Translations under genes and position numbers: made by a program | In this document: one piece after another, positions 20,258-29,404 of the stretch | Layout of the letters: the number at the start of each line of letters is the position of its first letter | Numbering within the stretch: position 1 is the stretch's first letter | NCBI GenBank assembly: GCA_963666515.2 | Contig: OY762897.2 | Location: 2,464,001 to 2,528,000 of the forward strand | Length of the DNA: 64,000 nucleotides | Source: Candidatus Binatia bacterium | GTDB taxonomy: Bacteria > Desulfobacterota > Binatia > UBA9968 > JAJDTQ01 | Reading direction: 5' to 3' | The notes under the pieces: model-generated | Told to the model about the DNA's origin: nothing | The model's database searches: none | What the model saw: only the letters and a program-made list of their open reading frames with translations

Positions 20258-21613
20258 TTATCCGATGTAATCCTCCACACGGATCCGTTCGCGAACCGCG
20301 TCGGGCACGGCAAGCCGCTTGGGAAAGTCCTTCCGTTTCTTGGTGGCGTCGATGACCATCTTGGCGGTCATGCCCCCCTGGCCGCTGGACGGGTCGGTCT
20401 CCGAACCCTGGCAACGGGGAATGATCAGCGTGTCGGTGTCCGCCTGCACGCGGTTGGCCACCGCCCACATGACATCGCGCTCGTTGTAGACGTCCACGTC
20501 CCCATCCACCACGATCACCAGCTTGAGATAGAGGTCCGTGGCCATGGCCGCCATGACCGCGTTGCGGACCTCGCCGTCGCTACGCTTGTCCAGGGAGATG
20601 TAGCAGTGGAACCGGCAGTTTCCCGACGGCGGCATGTGCACGGCCCGGGTGCCGCCGGCCACCGCCTTCACCGCCCGGAAGATCGCGGCCTCCCGCGGAA
20701 TGGAGCCCATGAGGCGCTGCTCCGAGTGGCCGGTGAAGATGTCCTGGTAGAGCGGCGTTTTGCGCATGGTGATGCCGGTGATCTCGGCCACGTGGTTCCT
20801 GCGCACGCCCACGGCGTGCCCGGTGAACTCGCCGAAGGGCCCCTCCTCCTCGCGCACATTCGGCAGGATGCGTCCCTCCAGGATCATCTCCGCGTGCGCC
20901 GGCACCTCCAGCGGCACGGTCTCGCACTTCACCAGCGGCACCGGCTGCTGCATCATGCCGCCGATGACGTCGTACTCGTCCACGTCGAAGGGCGCCAGCG
21001 ACAGGGCGCCGATGGCGAAGGCGGGGTGGACTCCGACGATGAAGGCGATGTCCAGGGGCTCGCCCCGCTCCTCGGCGTTGCGCGCGCAGCGCATGAGGTG
21101 CATCCCGGGGGCGAGATGCATCCGCAGCCGGTTCCGCTCCACCATCATGGCGCGGTTGAAGCTTAGGTTGCGCACGCCGCTCACCGGGTCCCTGGCCACC
21201 ACGATGCCCGCGGTCACGTACGGCGCCGTGCTGATGTCGAAGTGGGTCAGCAAGGGGATCTCGCCCAGGTCCACGTCCGCGCCGGTCCGCACCACCTCTT
21301 TCACCGGACCGTCGCCGATCAGCTCCGGCGCGATGGGGCTGCCTTCCCGGCTGCGGTACTCCTCCACCAGGTCGGCGCCGTCCACGTCCAGCGCCATGGC
21401 CAGGCGCTTGCGGGTGGCGTGGAGGTTGGTAATCACGGGCATGGAGAAGCCCTGGACCTCGTGCACGAACAGGGTGGGGAAGCGGCCGGAGGATTCCAGC
21501 TCCATGAGCAGGCCGGTCACGTCGTGCTCGGGCCGCACCGGCTTGCGGATGTGCAGCAACTCCTCCGGGCCTTCGTTCTCCAGCCGGCCCATGAACGACC
21601 GCAGGTCTTTCAT
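20258..21613 (-). CDS. UbiD-family (prFMN-dependent) decarboxylase
   Basis: MKDLRSF, SFNR, VPAHAEMILEG, EEGPFGEFTG, VDGDVDVYN...V.WA, KMVIDAT. Confidence 0.92.
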   Translation of the reverse strand: MKDLRSFMGRLENEGPEELLHIRKPVRPEHDVTGLLMELESSGRFPTLFVHEVQGFSMPVITNLHATRKRLAMALDVDGADLVEEYRSREGSPIAPELIGDGPVKEVVRTGADVDLGEIPLLTHFDISTAPYVTAGIVVARDPVSGVRNLSFNRAMMVERNRLRMHLAPGMHLMRCARNAEERGEPLDIAFIVGVHPAFAIGALSLAPFDVDEYDVIGGMMQQPVPLVKCETVPLEVPAHAEMILEGRILPNVREEEGPFGEFTGHAVGVRRNHVAEITGITMRKTPLYQDIFTGHSEQRLMGSIPREAAIFRAVKAVAGGTRAVHMPPSGNCRFHCYISLDKRSDGEVRNAVMAAMATDLYLKLVIVVDGDVDVYNERDVMWAVANRVQADTDTLIIPRCQGSETDPSSGQGGMTAKMVIDATKKRKDFPKRLAVPDAVRERIRVEDYIG

Positions 21614-21641
21614 GCGATCTCTCCGTTACCGCGGCGCGCCC

Positions 21642-21666
21642 GGGCGTATTTGAAACCCGTCCCTGC
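21642..21666 (-). repeat. Degenerate GTAG-type REP
   Basis: Minus strand GCAGGGACGGGTTTCAAATACGCCC resembles the copy at 59364. Confidence 0.5.
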
Positions 21667-21710
21667 GGTCTCTTGCACGTTGCCGAGCTTCAATGTTCCA
21701 CGCATCCCGG

Positions 21711-22715
21711 TCAACCCCTGCCGAACAGCCGCTCCGCGTTTCCGCCCAGGATCTTGTCCTTGCCGGCCTGGTCCAGGCGAATCCTGTCGATGATCTCCAG
21801 CGGCCTGGGATCGCCGATGCCGAACGGGCAGTCGCTGCCCAGCAGCACGTGGTCGGCGCCCACCTCCGCTATCAGGAACTCCAGCACGTCGGTCTCGAAC
21901 ACGATGGTGTCGTAGTAGAACCACTTCAGCACGTCCCGGCCCATGAGCGCGGTGTTCTTCTGGATGTCCGGCTGGATCTCCCGGCCCCGGGTCATGCGGC
22001 CGAACTGGTACGGCAGGAAGCCGCCGCCGTGGCAGAGGATGATCTTCAAGTCCGGGAAGCGGTCCAGCACGCCGCCGAAATACAGGCACGCCACTCCGAC
22101 GGTGGTATCCGCCAGCAGGCCCACGATGTGGGTCAGGAAATACTTCCCCAACCGCTCGATGCCCAGCGGATTCAACGGGTGGATGATAAGCGGCACCTTG
22201 AGGCGCTCCGCGGTCTTCCAGAAGGGATCCAGCCCCGGGTCGTCCAGGTTCGCGCCGTCGATGTTGGAGCCGATCATGGCGCCCATGAGACCGCACTCCT
22301 TGACCGCGTACTCCAGCTCCTCCGCGGCCCGGGCGCCGTCCTGCAGCGGCACGGTGGCCGTGCCCCGGAACAGCCCGTCCTCGTCGCCGTCGGCCAGGGC
22401 CTCGCACATGGAGTCGTTGAGCATGCGGCTCCAGTTCACCGCCTGCTCCACCGGCAGCATGTAGCCCACGATGTCCATCCACGCGGACAGGATCTGCCGG
22501 TCCAGGCGGGTCTCCCGCACGGTGTCGATGCGCTTGGGCAGGTCCGTTGCCGGCGCCAGGATGGGCCGGGCCAGCGGCCGCCCCTCGCCCCCCAGGCGCA
22601 GGCGCGGCCCCTGCGGGGTCTCCTCGCCCACCTCCACCCCGAAGGACGTCCCGTCCTTGCGGAGCCGCTCCAGCACGGCCGGGGGTACGTAGTGCGCGTG
22701 ACAGTCGATCTTCAT
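21711..22715 (-). CDS. Amidohydrolase-2 family protein (ACMSD-like decarboxylase/hydrolase)
   Basis: IDCHAH, IHP, HGGGFLPY..GR, YYDT, GSDCPF. Confidence 0.88.
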   Translation of the reverse strand: MKIDCHAHYVPPAVLERLRKDGTSFGVEVGEETPQGPRLRLGGEGRPLARPILAPATDLPKRIDTVRETRLDRQILSAWMDIVGYMLPVEQAVNWSRMLNDSMCEALADGDEDGLFRGTATVPLQDGARAAEELEYAVKECGLMGAMIGSNIDGANLDDPGLDPFWKTAERLKVPLIIHPLNPLGIERLGKYFLTHIVGLLADTTVGVACLYFGGVLDRFPDLKIILCHGGGFLPYQFGRMTRGREIQPDIQKNTALMGRDVLKWFYYDTIVFETDVLEFLIAEVGADHVLLGSDCPFGIGDPRPLEIIDRIRLDQAGKDKILGGNAERLFGRG

Positions 22716-22761
22716 GGTGCAGCCTCGATGATGCCTGACAGGGTTACGGTCTTTCCCGGCG

Positions 22762-23373
22762 TCAGTCCTTCAGAAAGCTGACCGGCATGGGCATGCTGAG
22801 GATGTTCATGCCCTCGGTCTTCTCCACATGGCGGATGAATCGGTACTTGTTCTCCACCTCGTCCATGGGGTACGGCGGCACCTCGCTGCGGGACGTCTCC
22901 ACCTTGAGCCCGATGAAGGCGGCGTCCCCGCCCGCGAGCGCTTCGGAGAAGACCGTGCGCAGTTCGTCCGGGCTCTTGGCCCACGACGCCCGGCGTATCC
23001 CGGCCGCCCGCGCCATGGCGACGAGGTCCGTCCCCGCGCCCGTTGCGGTGTCGATCTCCCCGGAAGCCTCGTAGACCTCGTTGTCCAGCACCATGTGGGT
23101 CAGGTTGGGCGGGTTCTTGCGCGCGATGGTGGGCAGGCTGCACAGGTTCATCAGCAGCGAGCCGTCCCCGTCGATGGCGATCACCTGCCGGTGCGGCAAC
23201 CCCAGCGCCATGCCCAAAGCGATGGAGGACACCAGGCCCATGGTGCGGACACGGAAGTTGCCGTCGCCCGGCCGGCACGCGTACCACTCGACCGTGTTGC
23301 CGCCGGCGCCGGTCACCACCAGGGCGTCCCCCGCCAGCTCGGCCATGACCTTGAAACATTCGATGCGTTTCAT
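22762..23373 (-). CDS. TPP-dependent decarboxylase beta subunit (sulfopyruvate/phosphonopyruvate decarboxylase, ComE-like)
   Basis: TMG..S..LG.A and TPP motif GDGSLLMN...DN. Confidence 0.82.
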   Translation of the reverse strand: MKRIECFKVMAELAGDALVVTGAGGNTVEWYACRPGDGNFRVRTMGLVSSIALGMALGLPHRQVIAIDGDGSLLMNLCSLPTIARKNPPNLTHMVLDNEVYEASGEIDTATGAGTDLVAMARAAGIRRASWAKSPDELRTVFSEALAGGDAAFIGLKVETSRSEVPPYPMDEVENKYRFIRHVEKTEGMNILSMPMPVSFLKD

Positions 23374-23406
23374 CCGACCGTCCGTTCGCACGTCCACTGC
23401 GGCCCG

Positions 23407-23922
23407 TCATTCCCCCGGACGCCGCCGCCCCAGCACGTCCTTGGTCAGCAGCACCGCCACCGGCCGCTTGTAGTCCTGGGTGAGCACCTGCGTCCTCTTG
23501 ATCAGGCTCTTGGCATCGTCGGGGTCGCGCAGAACGAAGTGACGGATGCCGAGCGCATCCAGCACCGGCTGTGTCATGGCCCCGTTGGTGCTGAAGGAAC
23601 GGTCTCCCACGTCCCCTGCGAAGTAGATGAGCAGCAGCAACGGGAAATTGTATTGCAGCAAGGTGGAGACGATGCCGTTGACGCTGTTGAAGAGCCCGCC
23701 GTTCTGCATGATCATCGCGCACTTCCTGCCGACGAGATAGCCGCCGGTGCAGATGCCGATGCCCTCCTCTTCCCGGCACAGCGGCACGTGGGTGATGTCC
23801 GGCTCCGCAGCCACCCGCTCCAGCAAGGCGTGCAGATTGATGTCGGGAAGGGTCGCGACCAGGTCGACGCCCGCCTCCTTGAGCCCTTCCACGATCATTT
23901 CCGGTCCGGGATGGCCGGCCAT
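23407..23922 (-). CDS. TPP-dependent decarboxylase alpha subunit (ComD-like)
   Basis: TLPD, CREEEGIGIC.G, MQN.G..NSVN. Confidence 0.82.
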   Translation of the reverse strand: MAGHPGPEMIVEGLKEAGVDLVATLPDINLHALLERVAAEPDITHVPLCREEEGIGICTGGYLVGRKCAMIMQNGGLFNSVNGIVSTLLQYNFPLLLLIYFAGDVGDRSFSTNGAMTQPVLDALGIRHFVLRDPDDAKSLIKRTQVLTQDYKRPVAVLLTKDVLGRRRPGE

Positions 23923-24085
23923 GCCATGCTCCTCCCTTCCAATTCGGAAGTCTGAATATCACTTTTTGCACCAGCCGCGTCAACCGGTCCGACCCGCACC
24001 GGACGGGGTTCCGGGCGGCGCGCCGGAGACAGGGCTAAAGTTCCGCCCCGCAGTGCCGAAGTAATAGACAGGGGGACCCTCTGCC

Positions 24086-25024
24086 ATGCCCGACGAACTG
24101 CTGCATCAACCGCACGACAAGATCTTCCGCTCCGTCTTCTCTGATCCCGCCGAAGCCGCGGCCCTTCTCCGGGCCGTCCTGCCCGCCCCGCTCCCCGACC
24201 GCATCCACTGGAACACACTCTCCCTCCTCCCGGACTCCTTCATCGACGACACCCTCCGCGCCACCGAGTCCGACCTGCTCTTCGAGGTCCGCCATGAAGG
24301 GGTTCGGGAACCCATTCACGTCTATGTCCTGCTGGAGCACCAGTCCTCCCCGGACCGCTGGATGCCCTTCCGCCTGCTCAAGTATTGCTTTCGTATATGG
24401 GACCCCCACGCCAACGGGTCGAACCTCCTGCGTCCCATCCTGCCGGTGGTGTTCTACCTCGGTCCTCGCCGCTGGAACTACCCTACGGAGTTCGTCCATC
24501 TGTTCCCGGAGGAATGCCGCGAGTTGGCATGGACGCCGCGCTTCGACTATCTGTTGCTGGACCGGACCGGGGTCGAGCCGGACCAAGTGGGCGGCGACAT
24601 CGGAGGACGCATCGCCCAGTTGTTGATGATGGCGGCGTTCACGCGTAACATGCGTGATATCAAGGAAGCGCTGAACCTCGCCGCGAGCCTGGTGGCGGCA
24701 GGGACCAGCCACTGGCCGCAACTCAGGACGTACCTGTTGGCGACCCAGTATCAGGAACAGGTGCAGGCGTTTGCGGAAGCCCTGCAACGCCATGGTAGCC
24801 GACAAGGAGGGGAGATCATGTCATACGCCCAGCAACTCCTGGAGGAGGGCTTGGCCAAAGGGCGGAACGAAGGTCTGGCCGAAGGCGAACGCCGAGCCAA
24901 GGTGGAGATGATCGAGGGCCTGTTGAAAACCGGGATGACCTGGGATGTTATCCAGCGGGCCACGGGCCTGGACGAGTCGCAGTTCCTGTCCCTCAAGCAG
25001 CAAGCGCCGCCATACGACAAATAG
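24086..25024 (+). CDS. Rpn/YhgA-like PD-(D/E)XK nuclease (putative transposase family)
   Basis: HDKIFRSVF, SFID..L....SDLLF, YVLLEHQS.PD.WM.FRLL.Y, PVVFY; C-terminal EG-repeat region. Confidence 0.9.
   Translation: MPDELLHQPHDKIFRSVFSDPAEAAALLRAVLPAPLPDRIHWNTLSLLPDSFIDDTLRATESDLLFEVRHEGVREPIHVYVLLEHQSSPDRWMPFRLLKYCFRIWDPHANGSNLLRPILPVVFYLGPRRWNYPTEFVHLFPEECRELAWTPRFDYLLLDRTGVEPDQVGGDIGGRIAQLLMMAAFTRNMRDIKEALNLAASLVAAGTSHWPQLRTYLLATQYQEQVQAFAEALQRHGSRQGGEIMSYAQQLLEEGLAKGRNEGLAEGERRAKVEMIEGLLKTGMTWDVIQRATGLDESQFLSLKQQAPPYDK
24818..25024 (+). CDS. Putative intragenic small Rpn protein (RpnS, 68 aa), in frame with rpn
   Basis: AAGGAGG at 24804-24810, 7 nt before an in-frame ATG at 24818 (MSYAQQLLEEG...). 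Confidence 0.65.
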   Translation: MSYAQQLLEEGLAKGRNEGLAEGERRAKVEMIEGLLKTGMTWDVIQRATGLDESQFLSLKQQAPPYDK

Positions 25025-25075
25025 CCGCCATGGCGCAGGCGGGCAAAGATCGTTGGGGTTTCCTCCGTAAACGGC

Positions 25076-25963
25076 GTGGACATCGTGAAGATCGGTATCG
25101 GACTGCCCTTCAAGACCTCCAGGGATAGCTGGCCGGCCATCGAGGCGCTGGCGCGGAAGGCCGACCAGGGCTCCTACTCCAGCTTCGCGGTCATCGACCG
25201 GCTTGCCTACGACAACTACGAGCCGTTGGTGATGCTGGCCGCGCTGGCCTCCGTCACGAAACGCATACGGCTCATGACCGCGGTGCTGGTGGGCCCGCTC
25301 AGAGGAGCCGGGGTGCTGGCCAAGCAGGCGGCCACCATCGACGCCGTTTCCGGTGGCCGTCTCAGCCTCGGCATCGCCGTGGGCAGCCGCGAGGACGACG
25401 CCTTGGTGGCCCCCTCCGGCTTCCACGACCGCGGCCGCCGCTTCGACCGCCAACTCGACCTCATGAGAAGGATCTGGCGCGGCGAGATCGTCAACGACGC
25501 CCAGCGGCCCGTGGGGCCGGACACGGTACAGTCCGGAGGCCCGGAGCTTCTCATCGGGGGCACCACGACGCGTGCCCTGGACCGGGTCGGGAAGTACGCC
25601 GACGGCTACGTCATGGGCGGCGGAGCGCTGGACCGGGAGTGGGCCGCGGGCGTTCTCAAGCAGGTGAACGAATCGTGGCAGCGGCACGGCCGGAGCGGCC
25701 GTTCGCGCATCGTGGCGTCGGTGCTGACGGCGCTGGGACCGGGGGCTGAGGAAGCCCTGCGTGCGGCGTTCGCGGACTACTACGGCCGCGACCCTGCCCG
25801 TTTGGCGGCGCGCTTGGCGCGCGCCAACCTGTCCACGCCCGAGGCCATCCGCGACGCCATCGCGTTGCACCGGGAACTGGGCACCGACGAGCTGATTCTC
25901 AAGCCCGCGACGCTGGCGCCGGACCAACTCGAACGGCTGACCGAGGTGGTCGCCGGAACCTGA
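25076..25963 (+). CDS. LLM-class (luciferase-like) flavin-dependent oxidoreductase
   Basis: DRLAY..YEPL..LAALA..T.RIRL, LAKQAATID..SGGRL.LG, GG....AL.R....ADG. Confidence 0.88.
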   Translation: MDIVKIGIGLPFKTSRDSWPAIEALARKADQGSYSSFAVIDRLAYDNYEPLVMLAALASVTKRIRLMTAVLVGPLRGAGVLAKQAATIDAVSGGRLSLGIAVGSREDDALVAPSGFHDRGRRFDRQLDLMRRIWRGEIVNDAQRPVGPDTVQSGGPELLIGGTTTRALDRVGKYADGYVMGGGALDREWAAGVLKQVNESWQRHGRSGRSRIVASVLTALGPGAEEALRAAFADYYGRDPARLAARLARANLSTPEAIRDAIALHRELGTDELILKPATLAPDQLERLTEVVAGT

Positions 25964-25980
25964 GCGCACTGGGAGCAATC

Positions 25981-26885
25981 ATGGCCGCACGCAGTCTCGT
26001 TCCGGAAGGATACGAGGTGTACCTCGACCACATGGGGCTCTTCGTCCCGGACTTCGACGCCTCGCCGCGGAGGCTCCAGGAGCTGGGCTTCTCCCTGACG
26101 CCGTTCGTGGCCCACATGGCCAGCACCGAACCCGGCGTAGCGGCCACTCCCAGCGGCACCGGCAACCAGTGCGCGATCTTCGGGCAGGGCTACCTGGAGA
26201 TGCTCGGGCCGACGGTGGACACGCCGCTTTCGCGCCAGCTCCGGGCGCAGCTCGACCGCTACCCGGGGTGGCACCTGATCGCGTTCGCGGCCAACCACCC
26301 CGAGGAGAACCACGAGCGCATCGGCCGGGACGGCTTCCGGCCGCTGCCGCTGGTGCGTCTGGCGCGGCCGGTGCCCACGGACAGCGGGGAGGAGACCTGC
26401 CGTTTCTCGGTCATCCGGGTACCGCCGGAGGTCATGCCCGAGGGCCGCATCCAGATCGTCACGCACCACACGCCGGAGCTGGTGTGGCAGGCCCGCTACC
26501 AGCCCCAGCCCAACGGCGCCGCGGCGCTTACCGGCGTGCTGGTATGCGTGGACGACCCGCGGGAGGCGTGCGCGCGTTTCTGCCGGTTCGTCGGGGTGGA
26601 GCCGGTGGAAGGGACGGACACCTGGGAGATGGGGCTCCAGGAAGGCCGCGTCGTCTTCATCGAGGGCCGGCGGTTCCGCGAGCGTTACCCGGACCGGGAG
26701 CTGCCCTGCACGCCCTACATCGCCGAAGTGTCCCTGCGCACTGATGACCTGGCGGCGACGCGCAGCTACCTCGACGGCGCCGACGTCCGCTACGAGACCC
26801 TGGACGGCGACACCGTGCGCATACCGGGGGCCGAGGCCCTGGGGGCGTCCTTTCTGTTCCATCAGTCCCTGGAGGGAGGCATCCG

Positions 26886-26889
<4 letters not shown>
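25981..26889 (+). CDS. VOC/glyoxalase-like protein
   Basis: LDHMG, LGF.LTP, GTGN....[13 protein letters not shown]...PNGA..L. Confidence 0.8.
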
Positions 26890-28253
<1,364 letters not shown>

Positions 28254-28254
28254 C

Positions 28255-28590
28255 ATGCGCAGACCTGGTTTGATTCCGGCGGTCGGCCTTGCCTTGGCGC
28301 TGCTGAGCGCCTGCGGAGAAAAGGTTGAAGAGGTGAAGGGACCGGACCCGGCCCGAGGGAGGCGGCTTTACCTCGCGACCTGCATCGTGTGCCACAACAC
28401 AGACCCGAGCAAACCCGGCTCCCAGGGGCCTCCCGTCAAGGGATCTTCATTGGAACTGCTGGAGGCCAAGGTCCTGCACAAACGCTATCCGCCCGACTAC
28501 AAGCCTCAACGGACGACCAAGGCCATGCCCACCTACCCTCAACTGAGGAAAAGGATTCCCGATATCGCTGCCTATCTGGCGCAGCAGTAG
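28255..28590 (+). CDS. Monoheme cytochrome c lipoprotein
   Basis: Signal peptide with lipobox LSAC, CIVCH, distal Met (AMP). Confidence 0.82.
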   Translation: MRRPGLIPAVGLALALLSACGEKVEEVKGPDPARGRRLYLATCIVCHNTDPSKPGSQGPPVKGSSLELLEAKVLHKRYPPDYKPQRTTKAMPTYPQLRKRIPDIAAYLAQQ

Positions 28591-28595
28591 GCTGC

Positions 28596-29285
28596 CTACG
28601 CCATCGCCAGGAGAATCCAGAAGATCGCGGTGAGGATGAAGCCGCTCCATAGTACGTTCGGAATGGAGGTCAGGAGCTTCTTGGTGCCTCCGCCGGCATC
28701 CCCCACCAACGCGTTCAGCTCGACGACGGCGATGATCACGAGGGTGACGATCCAGTAAACCGCCACGCCGCCGCCGTACTCGCCGTGCGGATAGTGGCTC
28801 GCCGCGCCCATCAGGAACAGCATGGGGATGGAGAACAGCGTGTTGGTACGGGAGGCGAAGCCGGCCCACTGACCCTTGCTCGCCGCGTCGGGAAGGGCTT
28901 CTCCGCCCTCGGCCACCTTGTTGGCGGAGGCGATGACCACCTGCTGATTGGGCCAGATGACCAGCCACACGTTGAGGAACATGATCGTGCCCATGGTGCC
29001 GCCGATGGTGATGGCCATGCCGTAGCCGATCACGAAGAAGTCGGCGCCGAACTGCATCAGCTTGATGAGCCACATGAGAATACCCGCCAGGAAGGTGAAC
29101 ATGGCGCCCCAGCGAAACCACCAGAGGGCGCGGGGCACGAGCTTCTGAATGGCGCCGGTGCGGGTCCCTGCCTCGGTCTCTGCGAAGAACGGAGTCTGAA
29201 CGAAGTTGAAATAGTAGAGCAAGCCGATCCAGGTGACACCGGCCAACAAATGTACCCAACGCAGTAGGAATTCAACGAGCTCCAT
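28596..29285 (-). CDS. Urate-oxidase N-terminal (PuuD-like) membrane protein without a fused cytochrome c
   Basis: RWVH..AG.TWIGLLYYFN, WFRW.A..T, IMF.NVW.VIWPNQ, SRTNT..SIPML.LM..SHY; AGGAGG RBS. Confidence 0.8.
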   Translation of the reverse strand: MELVEFLLRWVHLLAGVTWIGLLYYFNFVQTPFFAETEAGTRTGAIQKLVPRALWWFRWGAMFTFLAGILMWLIKLMQFGADFFVIGYGMAITIGGTMGTIMFLNVWLVIWPNQQVVIASANKVAEGGEALPDAASKGQWAGFASRTNTLFSIPMLFLMGAASHYPHGEYGGGVAVYWIVTLVIIAVVELNALVGDAGGGTKKLLTSIPNVLWSGFILTAIFWILLAMA

Positions 29286-29332
29286 CAAGCACCTCCTGTA
29301 AGCTGTTTCCCGGAAAGATCGAACCGTCGGCC

Positions 29333-29362
29333 ATTATAGGCAGTAACGGGCCGGATGGTCAA
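29333..29362 (-). promoter_or_regulatory. Putative sigma70 promoter of the puuD-like gene
   Basis: Minus strand TTGACC-N18-TATAAT. Confidence 0.6.
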
Positions 29363-29404
29363 TGAGAAGCGCCGCCGCCGTCGTGCCGTTGCCGCCCGCG
29401 CCGG

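Noticed and set aside
17150-21613. UbiD next to ispE as an alternative (archaeal-type) mevalonate pathway
   Set aside because: IspE belongs to the MEP pathway, no aconitase-X or mevalonate genes are present, and ispE sits in its usual ispE-spoVG-prs context, so the adjacency is probably incidental.
24086-25024. Rpn as an active IS transposase
   Set aside because: No terminal inverted repeats or target duplications seen; the family is better explained as a nuclease/TA.
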